From contig OX597816.1 of NCBI GenBank assembly GCA_951406725.2, positions 177,568,001-177,632,000 on the forward strand: DNA of 64,000 nucleotides, written 5' to 3'. The translations under genes and the position numbers were made by a program. Position 1 is the first letter of the stretch; every line of letters starts with the position of its first letter. Shown in pieces: positions 1 to 24,750 of this stretch. Source of the DNA: Octopus vulgaris. Its lineage: Eukaryota. The notes beneath the pieces are model-generated. The model made no database searches, had not been told where the DNA came from, and saw nothing but the letters and a program-made list of their open reading frames with translations.

Positions 1-38
1 TACACTCACATGCGCGTAAGGAGGGTGTAGTTTCCATT

Positions 39-51
39 TATATATATGTAC

Positions 52-128
<77 letters not shown>

Positions 129-169
129 TGTGTGTCTGTGTGTCTGTGTGTGTGTATACATATATATAT

Positions 170-216
<47 letters not shown>

Positions 217-250
217 TATTTATATAATTTTACATGTGTGCGTCTGCGTG
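39..250. repeat. (TA)n/(TG)n/(CA)n compound microsatellite
   Basis: Directly visible dinucleotide runs; they explain ORFs 6..332, 46..309 and 74..379. Confidence 0.95.
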
Positions 251-854
251 TGCGTGAATGTGTGTTCTGTATACGTGTGTTATTATGTAGTTTCGTATGG
301 AATTCGTAGTCATTGCCGTTATCGCCGCACACGAAAAGACAAAAAAGAATATAGAAAGAAAGAAAAGAAGAAAAATTAGAAAGATATAAATAAATGAATT
401 AACAACACATACGAGTAGAGTAAGGTTTGAAAGTGTTTTTGCATGTCAAATTTAGTTGAATGGAAAGTGGGCCGGTTTGGTGATAAAGATCGCAGCAATC
501 CGGGTCGGTCTCTCCATGTTGGCTGCCAGACACTGGAGCACTCACGGTATAATTTTCTTATCTAAAGCATCTAAGCATCTTAGTTCTTGCTGGGATTTAT
601 TTGGGGTTTTTTTTTTCCATTTTCTTTTTTGGCTTTGCATCCATGTTTTTAATTTTCTGTATATATTTGCTTTTTCTTTCTTTCTTTCTGGCTTTTCGTC
701 TTTTTTTTTTCTCTCGTAATCTTACTAAGATAAAGAAAATAATTCAAACTACCTGGACCTAAATGAGGGCGATAAATATTTGAAATAAATATATAAATTT
801 ACTTTTGAGTAGAAGCAAATTCACTGTATAGCAATGTAGGCAGAAAAGCAGAAT

Positions 855-1100
855 GCGGCGATTCGGCAGAATAAGTAGAATGTTTGAGATAAAAGCCGCG
901 CAGTATCTGTCACGATTCTCTGCTCGATGAGTTCAAATTCCGCAGTGGTCAACTTTGACTTTCATTCTTTCGGATTCGATAAAAGAAGAAGCAATTCAAG
1001 ACGTCTGGATGGATGCCTTGAGGTATCTCTTCACATTTTATCTGCTCTCTGAGTTCAAATCTCACCGAAGTCCCCTTTGCCTTCCATCCTTTCGGGGTTG
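855..1100 (+). mobile_element. Degenerate SINE family B fragments
   Basis: GAGTTCAAATTCCGC...GACTTTCATTCTTTCGG motif, present twice here and shared with the copies at 18345-19360, 40095-40290 and 59325-59520. Confidence 0.6.
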
Positions 1101-1154
1101 AAGTTTGTTTCCCAACTACGTTTTCAGGTTCAATCTCAACTTGAGTAAATTCTG

Positions 1155-1730
1155 GTCGCATGCATGGCTGGTTGGTAAGAAGTTTACTTCTCAACCACAT
1201 GCTTTCGGGTTCAGTTCCACTGGGTGACACTTTGGGCCTGTGTCTTCTAGGCGCACGCATACCAGTGGGAAAAGCAGTTTTCCTTCTAACCCCAAGGTTT
1301 TGGGTTCAGTCTCACTGCGTGGCACTTTGGGCAAGTGTATACTAGGCGCAAGGATAGCTGTGACCTAAGAAATTTGAATCTCAACCACTTGAATTCGGGT
1401 TCAATCCCACTGCGTGGCACCTTATGCCAGTGTCTTCTACTATAGCTCCAAGCTGACCAAATTCTCGTGAGTGGATTTGGTTGGTGGAAAATGAAAGAAA
1501 GCCGTCGTATATACACATGTGTATATGTATGTGTGTGTGTGTTTGTGTCTATCCTCCAACCGCTTGACAACCGGTATTGGTTTGTTTAAGGCCCTTTAAC
1601 CTAGCATTTGGGCATAATGAATCGATAGAATAAGTACTAGACTTTGAAAGTAAGGACCGAGATCGATTTGTTTGATTAAAACCATTAGTAGTGCCACAGC
1701 ATGGCTGCAGTCCAATGTGACAGATAAAAA
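1155..1730 (+). mobile_element. tRNA-derived SINE family A: three stacked heads plus one body
   Basis: Repeated GGGTTCA.TCCCACTGCGTGGCAC.TTGGGCAAGTGT head (B-box-like), then GTGAGTGGATTTGG...GATAGAATAAGTAC body, homologous to 10290-10735 and 56589-57010. Confidence 0.75.
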
Positions 1731-2151
1731 AGCATTCTTGGGAATAAGATTATGGGAACTGAAAAAAAACCATCATTGAATCGGATTCCTAGGGGTTTAC
1801 TGCTGTTTGAGTTTCCAGTTCGAACCCCACCATAGCCTAGTTTTGCGAGGCGGGCTTAATCCGTCACCAAATCAAACACCACCACCTGATACTGGTTGAC
1901 TTTACGGAATTCATTTTCTGCTTTCTTTCTGTATAAATACTTGGACCAGGTTCCAGTTTGAAGATATTTACACCCTTTCCATGCCTCACACTCGGAGGCC
2001 TTGTAAAGAATCACACTTGTTTAGGCACAACTCTACTCTGATCGAACATACAACTTCAACGACATTTCAATTGTGACGACCCAGTCTTTTTTTCTGCTTC
2101 AGACATGCTGTAGACAGTAGCCCATGTAATACTCTTTCTTTGTAAGATTGC

Positions 2152-9713
<7,562 letters not shown>

Positions 9714-10208
9714 CGAGGACAGTGAATAGGAAAAAGAGATAGAAATGACATCAACGACTTGGAAATTGATGATGACAAGGAAGAAGATGCGGGCGAACAG
9801 GGTGGTGATTACAAAGGTAACGACGACGTTGTTATTTAACCCCAAATAAGCCCTGAACGAGTAGTCCAATGATTAAAGGCATTCTAGCCAGAACAAACAT
9901 CGTATTTTGAAGAATATGCAACTAATGCTTCTTACTTTTTTTTTTTCAGACGTTAAGAGATGCTTTGAAGATGTGGCTATTTTTTCTACCAGGTCTTACG
10001 ATTCTTAGCACAGCTTACAATTTGACTTTTTAAAAAATTTCTTTTTGTTTGTCCCTTTTGTTGTAACTCTCAACATACGAAATGGTGCCTTGAGGCCTGT
10101 TTATTTGTTAGTTGCTTACTGACATGTAGGGAGTGACTTCCAATAAAAAGGAAAGAGAACTTCGCGTGGCGACGCTGACGCACAATCGTTTGTACAATAG
10201 TGGCGACA

Positions 10209-10244
<36 letters not shown>

Positions 10245-10289
10245 GTTTATACACACAACACACACATATATATATATACATACATATAT

Positions 10290-10468
10290 AGGCGTAGGAG
10301 TAGCTGTGTGGTAAGTAGCTTGCTTACCACATGGTTCCGGGTTCAGTCACACTGCATGGCACCTTGGGCAAGTGTCTTCTACTATAGCCTCGGGACGACC
10401 AAAGCCTTGTGAGTGGATTTGGTAGACGGAAACTGGAAGAAGCCCGTCGTATATGTATATATATATAC

Positions 10469-10502
<34 letters not shown>

Positions 10503-10735
10503 TTGTGTGTATATTTGTGTGTCTGTCTTTGTCCCCCCCCCCAACATCCCTTGCCAACCGATGCTGGTGTGTTTACGTCCCCGTAGCTTAGCGGTTCGGC
10601 AAAAGAGGCCGATAGAATAAGTACTAGGCTTACAAAGAATAAGTCCTGGGGTCGATTTGCTCGACTAAAGGCGGCACTCCAGCATGGCCACAGTCAAATG
10701 ATTGAAACAAGTAAAAGAGTCAAAGAGTAAAAGAG
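10290..10735 (+). mobile_element. Full-length tRNA-derived SINE family A
   Basis: GGCGTAGGAGTAGCTGTGTGGTAAG A-box-like start, GGTTCAGTCAC B-box-like motif, internal TA/TG microsatellite, (AAAGAGT)n tail. Confidence 0.85.
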
Positions 10736-11092
10736 AGAGTATACATATATATGTTACCACACGTTTAACCAATCGCTCCCAGTCTGGTGATGAAGTCAAT
10801 TTGGTTTAGGTTCAGTATGACATTCAGCAAATCGAGGCTTCTGCAGGAAGAAAATAATTTTAAAAAAATAGAAAAGAAAAGAAAGCGTGGGTGAGATTTA
10901 GGAGTTCCAAGTGAGCTGCAATCTCTGCAGGAAGGATTAGGTTCTGGTGTCTAGTGCAAATTGTTGAAGGTGACACACAGAAGATGTGACGAAAGGCGCT
11001 GTCATCAAGTGCAATATTTCGCAACTGCAAGGGAATTTTGAAAATGAAATAACGATGTTTACGTACGAAATGTAATAATAATCCGTATGTAC

Positions 11093-11186
<94 letters not shown>

Positions 11187-11212
11187 ATGATATATATGTA
11201 TGTTTATTCATT

Positions 11213-11309
<97 letters not shown>

Positions 11310-11365
11310 ATGTATGTATGTATATAGAAGCTAATTAGTTTGTGAGTTTGTTCGGCATCAGGTAA

Positions 11366-11445
<80 letters not shown>

Positions 11446-11851
11446 GACTTGACTGCTTACTGGTCACCCTCACAGTGTTCGTTTTGCATCTGGTTAATGA
11501 GAGACGGAAGAATTTTTATTAATCATTACCATTGTTCACCACATCGATCTTGCGCGGGTGGGATACTTAACAACTGGTTCAGGAGCATCCGACGGTGCAG
11601 ATGTGTCTCTTCGGGTGATAAACAGATGCAACTCGTTAAAATAACACTTTCGCAACTTACCTTTCCAGTTCTTTTGAAGAAAAGCAGCAAATTACAGGAT
11701 ATATTGGTAGCTTCATTTACATAAAAGAACAATAATAAAATTTAAAATGCAAAAAAGAAACCAACACGCAATACAGCAAAAAATGCTAGATGTGTCGAAA
11801 CAATTGTCGTAATTAATAAAACTCTCGTATTTTCCACTTTCCGTTTCTCAT

Positions 11852-11925
<74 letters not shown>

Positions 11926-12210
11926 CCTTTACATTTTACTTTTTTCAGTCATTTGACTGCGGCCACGCTGCACCTCCAATGGTTTTGGTCGAACAAATCG
12001 ACCCCAGGACATTTTTTAAAGCCTAGTATTTATTCTATTAGTGCTTTTGCCGAACAGCTAAGTTATGGGGCCGTAGGTAGTGGGAGACATACACACACAT
12101 ACACAGATATATATACGCATGTATACAACGGGCTTCTTTCAGTTTCCATCTACCAAGTCCACTCACAAGGTGTTGGTCAGCTCGAAAATGTGGTTGGAAA
12201 GCAAGCTTCT

Positions 12211-14209
12211 TTATTTCATTACATTTGCCATGAAGGCAGTACATAGAGTAAAGTAGCTTTGCGGGCTGGACGAGGACATTAATGAAATGGATGATAATGA
12301 AAGAAAGATGATAAGGATGGGAGAAAACAAAAAACGCCCGCCGACTTCTGCTTCTCTAAAACATTGTTCTTTAAAACCAAACACAAAACAAGGTATTAAA
12401 CCTCTTACAACTTTTACAACTTTTCAATTTTTGGACTTAACAGTCCATTACAAACAACAACATAGTTCAATAATTACATATAATATAAATACAATACACA
12501 AAGCCCCTCCTCCCAGACCTGGCTTACACTTCCCTTAGGAATGCGCCAGCTCTAGGTCGGGGCCCCTCAAGTCGTATCTAAACATGTCCTATCAAACATA
12601 AAATATACATTATCACTTCTCCCTTTCTCCTCTTTCCGGACCTCCAGTCAAATATCCAGCCGCCTGCAGAGCAGATCACATTGACAGAAACAAAGCGAAG
12701 TGCCTATTATCAAATGTTTGTATCACACAGTGCCACAATTTATGACTCATCCTCAAAATAACTTGTGCCCGCATCCTCTGCCATCCTCCACGCCTCTTCC
12801 AAAACCACACCGAGTTCCGTGTTAGCGTTGCCTGGGAACAAGCGATATTCCTCATTGAGCTCCTCCAGCTCAAACGTCACGTCGAACGTCGTGGCCTCCA
12901 CAGCTATCTGCGGAGGCCATTCGGGGTCCTGTGTGAAGGCTGAAGGTGCTCCCTTATGGTGCTTTTCCATCACCTTTTCAATCTCTCCGCCTCTATGGAA
13001 GAAGATCAATACATCGTCTTTCCCCGGGGGCGGGATATTTAATTCTTTCATTGGCGGCACAGTTCCCGCCAACGGTGTTTCTTCTCCTGTCGGTGGATCA
13101 ACCCCAACCGACGTAGTTCCGGGACATTCCGGTACTATGTCACCGACTGCCGGCAATGTCCCGTTTCTCTTCCTCTTCCTCTTTTTTTTCTTTTCAACTG
13201 AGGGAGGGTGCGTCTCCTCCGTGGCCGGAAGATTCGCCTTTCCCTTCTCATCCCTAGGATCCTTTGGTGAGCACCCATTGTTGCTCACCTTCTTCCTCTT
13301 ACGGCCCACTAGGGTTTTATCCCGGGTGGTAGCCCGCAGATCCAAGCTTTCGTTAACCTCTTCCCATGATACGTGAGAAGAAATAAAATTTCCTTACCCT
13401 CCAGGGGTTGACTAGCAAATTTGCGAGCCTTTTCAGGGGTGTCAAATAGCAACCACACCGTTGCATATCTGACACCCCCGGAAATGAATTTAATTGTTGG
13501 CAAATACTCTGCCAACTCCTTTTCAATTGCCGTCTTTTCGAATAGGGCGATGGTGTCGAGTGCCTTGGAGTAGGTTTTCAACACCACCGTTTCTTTTTTT
13601 TTTTTAAATATATTCAAAATAAAACTTAAAAAGCGAGAAGAAAAAAGAAATCAAAAGATAGTCATAATAAACAAAAAGGAGCAAGTTAAATAAAGTTTAG
13701 CAGGAAGTCAATAGTTCAGGAACATAGCAAAAAAAAATCTTCCGGCCATTCGGTACTCCCGCCCTAGGTTGAATCCGGAACGCCACAACTGGAACACGAC
13801 TTCCACAAAAATTGATATACAAATTGTTCAATCTTCGGAGGTAAAACATTCCTCCAAATAGCAGTTCTCACAATTATTAAAGTTCTTCAAAAGGCACAAT
13901 ACAAGCAGTATTCTCATACTTAAGTGAGAAAAATATTCACTCAACATAAACCAAAGACGAATACGCCTCCAAACAAAAATTTTCACAATTCAGCGAGAAA
14001 AATTATTTGCTCGATGTCGGCAGAACCAGAATTCTGAATCCAGTAGGAATTCCTGCCTGTACAAAAACAATTCTCAACAAAAATTCTCACTGGACCCAAA
14101 ACACAGAATCTTACCTTACAATGGAGCTTCAAAATTTTTCAATTCGAGGCTTCAAAAGCATGTCTCATCTCTTTGGTGCCGAACACTACAATTATTCGCA
14201 CATGCGCAG
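12211..14209 (-). mobile_element. ORF1-only (HAL1-like) non-autonomous non-LTR retroelement, degenerate copy E
   Basis: Flanked by a ~15-bp target-site duplication GGAAGCAAGCTTCTT, with AATAAA at the 3' end. ORF 13309..13617 (ETVVLKTY...GGVRYATVWLLF...TYHGKRLTKAWICGLPP) aligns by eye with the ORF1s at 44-51 kb. ORF 12740..13345 has the basic KKKKRKRKR tract and EIEKVMEK C-terminal block. No RT or endonuclease is present. Confidence 0.75.
12740..13617 (-). pseudogene. Frameshifted, internally deleted ORF1 (gag-like) lacking the zinc knuckle
   Basis: Two ORF pieces match the N- and C-terminal blocks of the 44063 and 45745 proteins; the CCHC knuckle segment is absent. Confidence 0.65.
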
Positions 14210-14399
14210 TGGAAGCAAGCTTCTTATCACACACTCGCCCCTGTGCCTATATATATATATATATATATATATATTGTCAATACTATTTACCCGTGGTTCA
14301 AGCCAACAATGCCTTGAGGTTAATGGCTTAAAATAGATCACTTAGTTCTACAACAAACCACATTGACATACAATTTGATTTTCTGATGAAAGCTGGTCA

Positions 14400-15320
14400 T
14401 CAAACAGATAACGCAAAGCAATGGAATTGCAAACATCATGAAGCATTTCTTTCCCTATTTCTGCTCATTCACGTTCAATGGCTGCTCTGAATTCATCGTC
14501 TGTTGCTGATTTTTACCACAAACTTTATGTTTTAAACATCTCCAATTAAACCGCACCAAATTTTCTACTTGCGCTGTCCCCGGTGAATGCAGAGGGTATC
14601 GTACTGAATTTCTTCGTCCAATCCACCTATTCGCCAAAACCTCATCCAGGTAGGTCCTTACATTACTATAGATATGTGGGAGTATCCAATCTTGCAGGAA
14701 ACAAACATGACCAATTCACAGAACAGTCAAAAAGAATTGTCCAATTAATCCTTTTGATTATATTTCCCCCCATACCCTACTCCATTGTAAACTAATATAA
14801 GGTTCTTTCGTAATATATGGATTCTCGGGTCCACAGAATTTGCAATTCTGGCGGTTAGTTGAGCCACTTAATCTAATGCAGCGTCATCACTCAACATAAA
14901 CCTTTGTAGGACATTGTGCATCTTCTTCACATCCTGTCAAGTACAGCTGCTCATAAAAATTCATTCTTCGATCCGATCAACTTCATTGAGAACATAGACA
15001 CTTCAAAATGCGATGCACATTTCATTTTGAAATTCCTATCTCAGGTTTCGCTTGCCACAAACAGTATCTTGCATTCTGACAGTACGTTTCCAGCAGCCTT
15101 TCTTTTATAGTAGGGCTCATAGATATCCGCAGTGTCCCAGAACCTTTCTTCTCGACATTCTGAATAGTTCCATCTACTGCAAACTTAACTCTAATTTGAG
15201 TGATGGTAAGACTAGTTGATGGATCTGATTGAAACTCCCTCCTAAACTAGCCTTGCACTTCTACTTTGCTTTCAATCTTTACTTTCTTCAAAGCTTACTC
15301 AGGCTCTTGTCATTGTTTCT
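14400..15320 (-). pseudogene. Tc1/mariner-superfamily transposase relic (DUF4817-HTH type)
   Basis: Minus-strand peptides PSTSLTITQIRVKFAVDGTIQNVEKKGSG, SDDA (cf. SDEA) and VRTYLDEVLANRWIGRRNSVRYPLHSP (cf. WIGR...PPRSPDL); many stops. Confidence 0.7.
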
Positions 15321-15987
15321 AATGGAGAAAATTTAAAAAGAAAATGAAAGCAATCGGCTGTTAGTGTATACATTTTTTGAAATACAGTACACACACACGC
15401 ACACACACACACACGTGCACACGCGCACGCACACACAATAACGATCTGGAGACGGTTTAAACATTTATCCTGCAATGGAGTAATGCTATCCCTTTCTTAA
15501 AGACAGAAATAACAGTAGCACCTTAAAATTCATTTGGGCGAATTTCTTATACTTTTAGAACCAGAGCGAAAGCTTGGTTTTGAGAAATAGTCCCCTATTT
15601 TTAATAATGCAAGAGGTACATTGTCCAGTCCCTGGGATTTTCGTGGTTTCTTTGTTTAGGGCATTTTCAAACTCTCAAAATGAAAATTGTACATTCATCC
15701 ATAACTATTCTGGATGATGCGTGAGATTTTTTCAAGATATCCGTTGTTGAATTCCTATTCTATAGGGAAGAAATGTTGTGGACCTGTAAGGAAAGTACAG
15801 CTGTCTGTAACCAGAATATTGCCCTTTCTTGTTTGTACTAGATCAAACACTTGCCTCGTCCCAGCAAAGAGTTTCTTTGATATCTACATATTTTTTAATC
15901 TGTATCTGAAACTCTAATGCCAATCACTTTGTTGTTGATTTTAGCTGACCGTTACGAGCTTTGAAATGACGTTTTCTCGTTGCAAAC

Positions 15988-16265
<278 letters not shown>

Positions 16266-16267
16266 TA

Positions 16268-17152
16268 AGGGCCGAACACAAAACGAATAGGGACAATACG
16301 ATACGAGGGACAAGTGGGGTGTTGAACAATGACTTGTATACAATGAATAACAATAACAAATAATCATAAAATTCTAACAACGGTAATCCCCAATAGGAGG
16401 CGTTCCACCATCCAGGGCCAACCAAAGCACCCTGAACATCCTCGTCACCCTGACCACCAAGAGCATGTCAGGCAGGCACCTCCTATTCCCTTTAACCGTT
16501 CAGGCCTACATACGAATGTTCAGGGGAGGCCCATTCACACGGGCCATCCGCGCCACATTCACCCACCTTTCAACAAAAATACTGGGCGGGAGAAGAACTT
16601 GCTTCTCTACCCACACTTTCCTCAAGTGCAACTTGAAAAAGTCGATGAGGGTTTGGCCGAAGAGGAATGTACCAGTCCTCAGTCCTTTCAGTCGCGTCCA
16701 CAACACTTCGCTATAGCCACCAAATAGAGGTTACTGCCTTCCCCGACCAAAGGAAGGCAGCGGGGTGATCTTCACGATGGACTCGGCTGATATCTGGATC
16801 CGTCATAAATGCGACAACTGCTGTTCGACAAAGCTCTACAAATCAGTAATGTACGGACACTGGACGAGTGAATGCAGGACGGCTTCATCGCACTGCACAG
16901 ACCTCGGACAGGTCCGTCTGACAGCACTTCTGTGTCTGTAGAGCTTCTCTCGACCGGTAGAGTTCTCTGGTAGCAATTCCAGGGATTTCTAAAAGTTATC
17001 CATAAGCCCTGACACAAAAGTACTACGGAAAATATACCTCCCAACGCCCAGAGCTTCCCCGAGAACGTCGTTGCTCTTGCCCGCTATTAATCCCCAATAG
17101 AACTCCATAGTGAAATTTCCACCGACCGAGTTGCCCGACTTGTAGAAAGCTG
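16268..17152 (-). mobile_element. 5'-truncated Tx1/L1-like LINE: ORF2 C-terminus with CCHC zf-RVT, plus 3' UTR
   Basis: Frameshifted CPR.C..CDEAVLHSLVQCP motif near 16850-16915, followed by LWTRLKGLRTGTFL...FVERWVNVARM. Confidence 0.7.
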
Positions 17153-17226
<74 letters not shown>

Positions 17227-17229
<3 letters not shown>

Positions 17230-18274
17230 ATAGACACACAAGAAACAAGCACAGAAAAAGCTAAGCGTATGAAAACCCGTGCCAAAACTGCGGCCTTAGA
17301 TATTCTGAATAATAAATGGCAAGAAAAACCTCTCTATGGCAAATACCCAAAGAGAGCGAATAATGCAGTTATCGACAAAGCCCTGACACATCAATGGCTA
17401 ATGGCCTCTGGCTTAAAATCTGAAACAGAGGGGTTTATCATAGCAGCTCAAGATCAATACCTACCAACAAGAAACTACCAGGCCAACATATTAAAGAACG
17501 GCAGTAGCCCAACATGTCGTGTATGCCGACAACAAAATGAAACCATTGATCATGTTGTCTCCAAATGCAGTCTTCTAGCGCCTACAGAGTACCTCAATAG
17601 GCATGATAGAGCTGCACAATATATTCACTGGGTAATTTGCAAAAACCTGGATTTGCCCCATGAAAAAAAACTGGTGGGAACACAATCCACCTCCTGTGCT
17701 TGAAAATGACCACATCTCACTCCTCTGGAACTTCACCATTCAAACTGACAGGAAGATAGATGCAAATAGGCCAGACATCATATTGAAAGACTTCAGGCAA
17801 AGAACATGCCTCCTCATTGATATGACTGTCCCAATCGATATAAACGTATCTGTCAAGACCTACCAGAAACTGAGCAAATATAAAGATCTTGAAATAGAAA
17901 TCAGCAAAATGTGGAAGCTGAAGACTAAAACAATACCTGTTGTCATAGGTGCCCTGGGAATGATAGCGAAAGGGACTGATTGCTATCTAACTCAGATACC
18001 AGGAAACCCCAAAATGGCAGAAATTCAAAAGATAGTGCTCATGGGAACTGCTCATATCCTACGCAAAAAGGTTTAAAACAAACTTTTTTTTATTTTACTT
18101 ATTTTTTTTTATTTTTTTTTTTTATGTATTAGACATTCACTAGTACAACACCAAAAAAACTCCCCAAAAAACCCTCCAAATATATGGCACAGAACTTCCA
18201 ACCTGTTGTCTCTTGAGGTTTCTGGGTGAGACTTGGAGCCAACTTGTACAAACATAAAGCAAAAGTCAAACATA

Positions 18275-18277
<3 letters not shown>
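17227..18277 (+). mobile_element. 5'-truncated Dong/R4-like non-LTR retrotransposon (restriction-like endonuclease) in (TAA)n
   Basis: CRVC..NETIDHVVSKC zinc finger, RHD, RPDI, LLIDMTVP, KYKDL and PVVIGALG motifs across ORFs 17152..17703 and 17660..18076 (frameshift in an A-run). Flanked by (AAT)n on both sides. Confidence 0.88.
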
Positions 18278-18331
<54 letters not shown>

Positions 18332-18344
18332 TAATAATAATAAT

Positions 18345-19360
<1,016 letters not shown>

Positions 19361-21438
19361 TAATAATAATAATAATATGTAATAACCGCAATATTTTTCC
19401 TCATTTAGATAGAAGGTCGTAAGTTTGTTGAAAGAGTTAGTCGATTAAATTGACATCAATGCCGACCTACTTTATATCAGGATTTGTACCCAGAACGTGA
19501 AAAGCCGTAATTACATATTTCGCAAGACATTTTGTTCTAACAATTGGTACAATATTATGGTAATCTTGTTCAGATGTCCGGATGTACCTAGTTCAACTGC
19601 TTATGGTGATCCGGGCAACTGGCAGTATGTGCGGCGGTGCAGTAGACTAACCTATCCTGGAATCCCTGAGCGGTAACAGTCAACGTGGGGGTCCGAATGA
19701 GGTCGATAAGGTTTATAGAATAATGTGGGGAAGTGGATGAATGCTGTAGTAAAGAAGTATGATGTGTGAGAAGGAGGCAGCAGTACATTAAGAAACTCAA
19801 CCGGCCTCAACTGACTTCGGTTATAAACCGGTTTGTTGTAATGTTTGAAGAAGAATTATTGAATCATCCTGCGACATGTTAAAAATTTGAAATAAGTTTA
19901 ACACAGAATAAATAGATAATTATTTTAAAACACGCAATGATTATAAAGGTACGATTAAAAACCACGAAAACAGAAAAACTCGAAACCTCATTAACTTTTG
20001 AGAGGAAATTGAAAGGTTCATCCACACTCATGGCGGGCTAAGAGAAATTCATCGAGCAAGGAGATACACACTTTTGTAACACACCACTGCCATCTCCTCA
20101 TATTTTATGCTATTTATTTGTCTTACACTACACTGAAACTGAAAGTTTTTGGAGAAAACAACGCTCGCAAAGCAACTTTCAAACCTATTCACGTTTACGC
20201 TCGGCAAAATCTGTTTGTGAGTGCTACTGTTGTTATTTGCGTTTTCGCTTCGAAAGCTTAAGTCAATACCATCAGCGTTATTTGTCATGAAGTTATTAAT
20301 TTTTCTCCGAGATTTTTCGATGTTGTTAGGTTTATTTTATTTCATTATTTTTGTCGCCCCACCGCTTTTTCAACTTGTGTTTTTTTTGTTTTTCGTCAAT
20401 GTTGAAGTGTTCGTCGAGGGCAGGTGTATTTCTTTATCTTGGTGCTATCAGCAATGTCGAGAGCACTTCTACCCGCTGCCAAAATTCGAGGGGCAATACT
20501 GAATTCTGGCTAAGCAAATAAAATAAACAAATAAATAAACACGAAACAAATATTTTCGAAAACGTCTTTTATACCCAAACATAGCAGAAAAAAAACATTG
20601 AAAAACAATCATCTCATTTCTATATGTAATTTATTCTGTGAGGCACGATGCATAAATACTTATTCATCAGATATTTGAAAAAATAAGGAAAGAATGAAAT
20701 CCAAAACATGATCGTTAGTGCGTCAGAAGAAATACTTTGAGGAGTTTCTGTTGTTTTTTTTTAACATTCTCAGTTCAACTTTGCCTTTCACATTTTCAGG
20801 GTCGATAAAATGAGAATTAGTTGGGTACTGGGGTCGATTTGATTTACTGTCCGACAAATAGTTGGCCTTGTGCCAAAATTTGAAATTAATATCAATATTA
20901 CTGACAATACTGAACGCCATTCAAAAGCAGTTGTTTTGTGGTATTAAGTTCCTTTGTTCAAATCCTGCCCAGACTGATTACACCTTTTATTCTAAAAAAG
21001 ATGATATGAGCCCCAGTTGTTGTTTCTGTTGTTTTTGGTCTTGTTTTTAATCCCTAGATCAACGTTTAATCGAGCGGATTAATAATCAAAGATGCTTCAT
21101 CTGTGGCATCCTGATTTCTTTCTATTTTCATATATTGGGAACTGCATTGTACTGTGTGTCCTTCATTTTTTAAAGTGGTAGAGTAAGATTCGATTGCCAC
21201 TTTTACTAGGCCAACTAATCGCGCAGAGTAGTGAACGAAGTAGCATCTGCGGAGAAGTTCCTACTCGCCAGAAATAGGAGTCAACTCTCGCTTAAATCTC
21301 ATCCTACCATCTTTAAGAAACGGAAAGATGTATTTTGTATTGTAGTGTGAGATAAAATTGTTTGAAATGATGAGATGGTCGCACATAGAAAACCTTTGAT
21401 CATAGATTTATTTCTCTCTCTCTCCCACTCTCTCTCTC

Positions 21439-21532
<94 letters not shown>

Positions 21533-21552
21533 ATATACGCATTTGTATATAC

Positions 21553-21879
<327 letters not shown>

Positions 21880-22489
21880 TATAATGATAATAATAATAAT
21901 AATAAAAAAGGTAAAATTAAGTGATTAATTAATAATTAATATTAATTAATTAATTTTACCTTTTATTATTATTATTGACAATGCAATTCTCTCCCTGATA
22001 ATAGACTACATATTTTTTTCTGTAGAATTTTTGCTTGACAACACACGTGGGTGGACGGGGGAGAATGCGGGACCTCATTCGCATGTTTTGAATTCGGCGG
22101 TACTGGTCATGAATATAATTTGTCTGATGTTACTGGAGTCAGATAGGTATGTTCAGTTCTTTCAGTGCTACCAAATTTAGAATATATTGAAATACTGTGC
22201 TGAAGAGAAAAGGGATTAGAATGGAAATGTGATTCTTGCATTTTTCATATCTATCTAATTTCGAAACGCGTCCACAGTTCATCAAATGCTGGGTGAATTC
22301 CGTTGTTTTCTTTCTCTGCCTACGTGATATGTTTTCGAGCATATATTGTTTGGGAGTTGTTTCTTACAGTAGAAGAAACAGCTAGATTCTTTAGCTGCAA
22401 TTTCTAAAGTTCGGTGTGCGGTGAAGCAAATTCTTTTGCCTAACCCTTATTATAATATATATATAAATTTAATCATAGTATTTTAATTA

Positions 22490-24215
<1,726 letters not shown>

Positions 24216-24447
24216 ATATTTATTACGCAGGAAAACCGAGATTTGTAGGCGTGGTTAAAGGAGAGGTTGTGACTTTCATATCTTTCCATAATAAATAGGT
24301 CGGGAACTCGGTTCACCGTGAACTTAACCGCCACAGTACGGCGTCCGCCACCTCAAAAGAAATATAATATCAACAATAAGCAGAGAAGCAGCCGCAATAA
24401 CAACAACAGCAATAATGATAATAAGCAAACAAGAGAAGTGGGAAAGT

Positions 24448-24448
24448 C

Positions 24449-24510
<62 letters not shown>

Positions 24511-24750
24511 AGAAGAAGAAGAAGAAGAAGAAGAAGAAGAAGAAGAAGAAGAAGAAGAAGAAGAAGAAGAAGAAGAAGAAGAAGAAGAAGAAGAAGAAGA
24601 AGAAGAAGAAGAAGAAGAAGAAGAAGAAGAAGAAGAAGAAGAAGAGAGAGAGAGAGAGAGAAGAAGAAGAAGAAGAAGAAGAAGAAGAAGAAGAAGAAGA
24701 AGAAGAAAGAGAAAGAGAGAGAGAAAGGGAGAGAAGGGAGTAGAGAGAGA
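24448..24750. repeat. (TG)n-(GA)n-(GAA)n polypurine tract
   Basis: Directly visible. Confidence 0.92.

Larger units (their letters stand above)
11925..14248 (-). mobile_element. SINE family A split by a 2-kb insertion (body 11925-12211, head 14210-14248)
   Basis: The SINE breaks at GGAAAGCAAGCTTCTT (~12196-12211) and resumes at GGAAGCAAGCTTCTTATCACAC (~14211). Confidence 0.7.
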
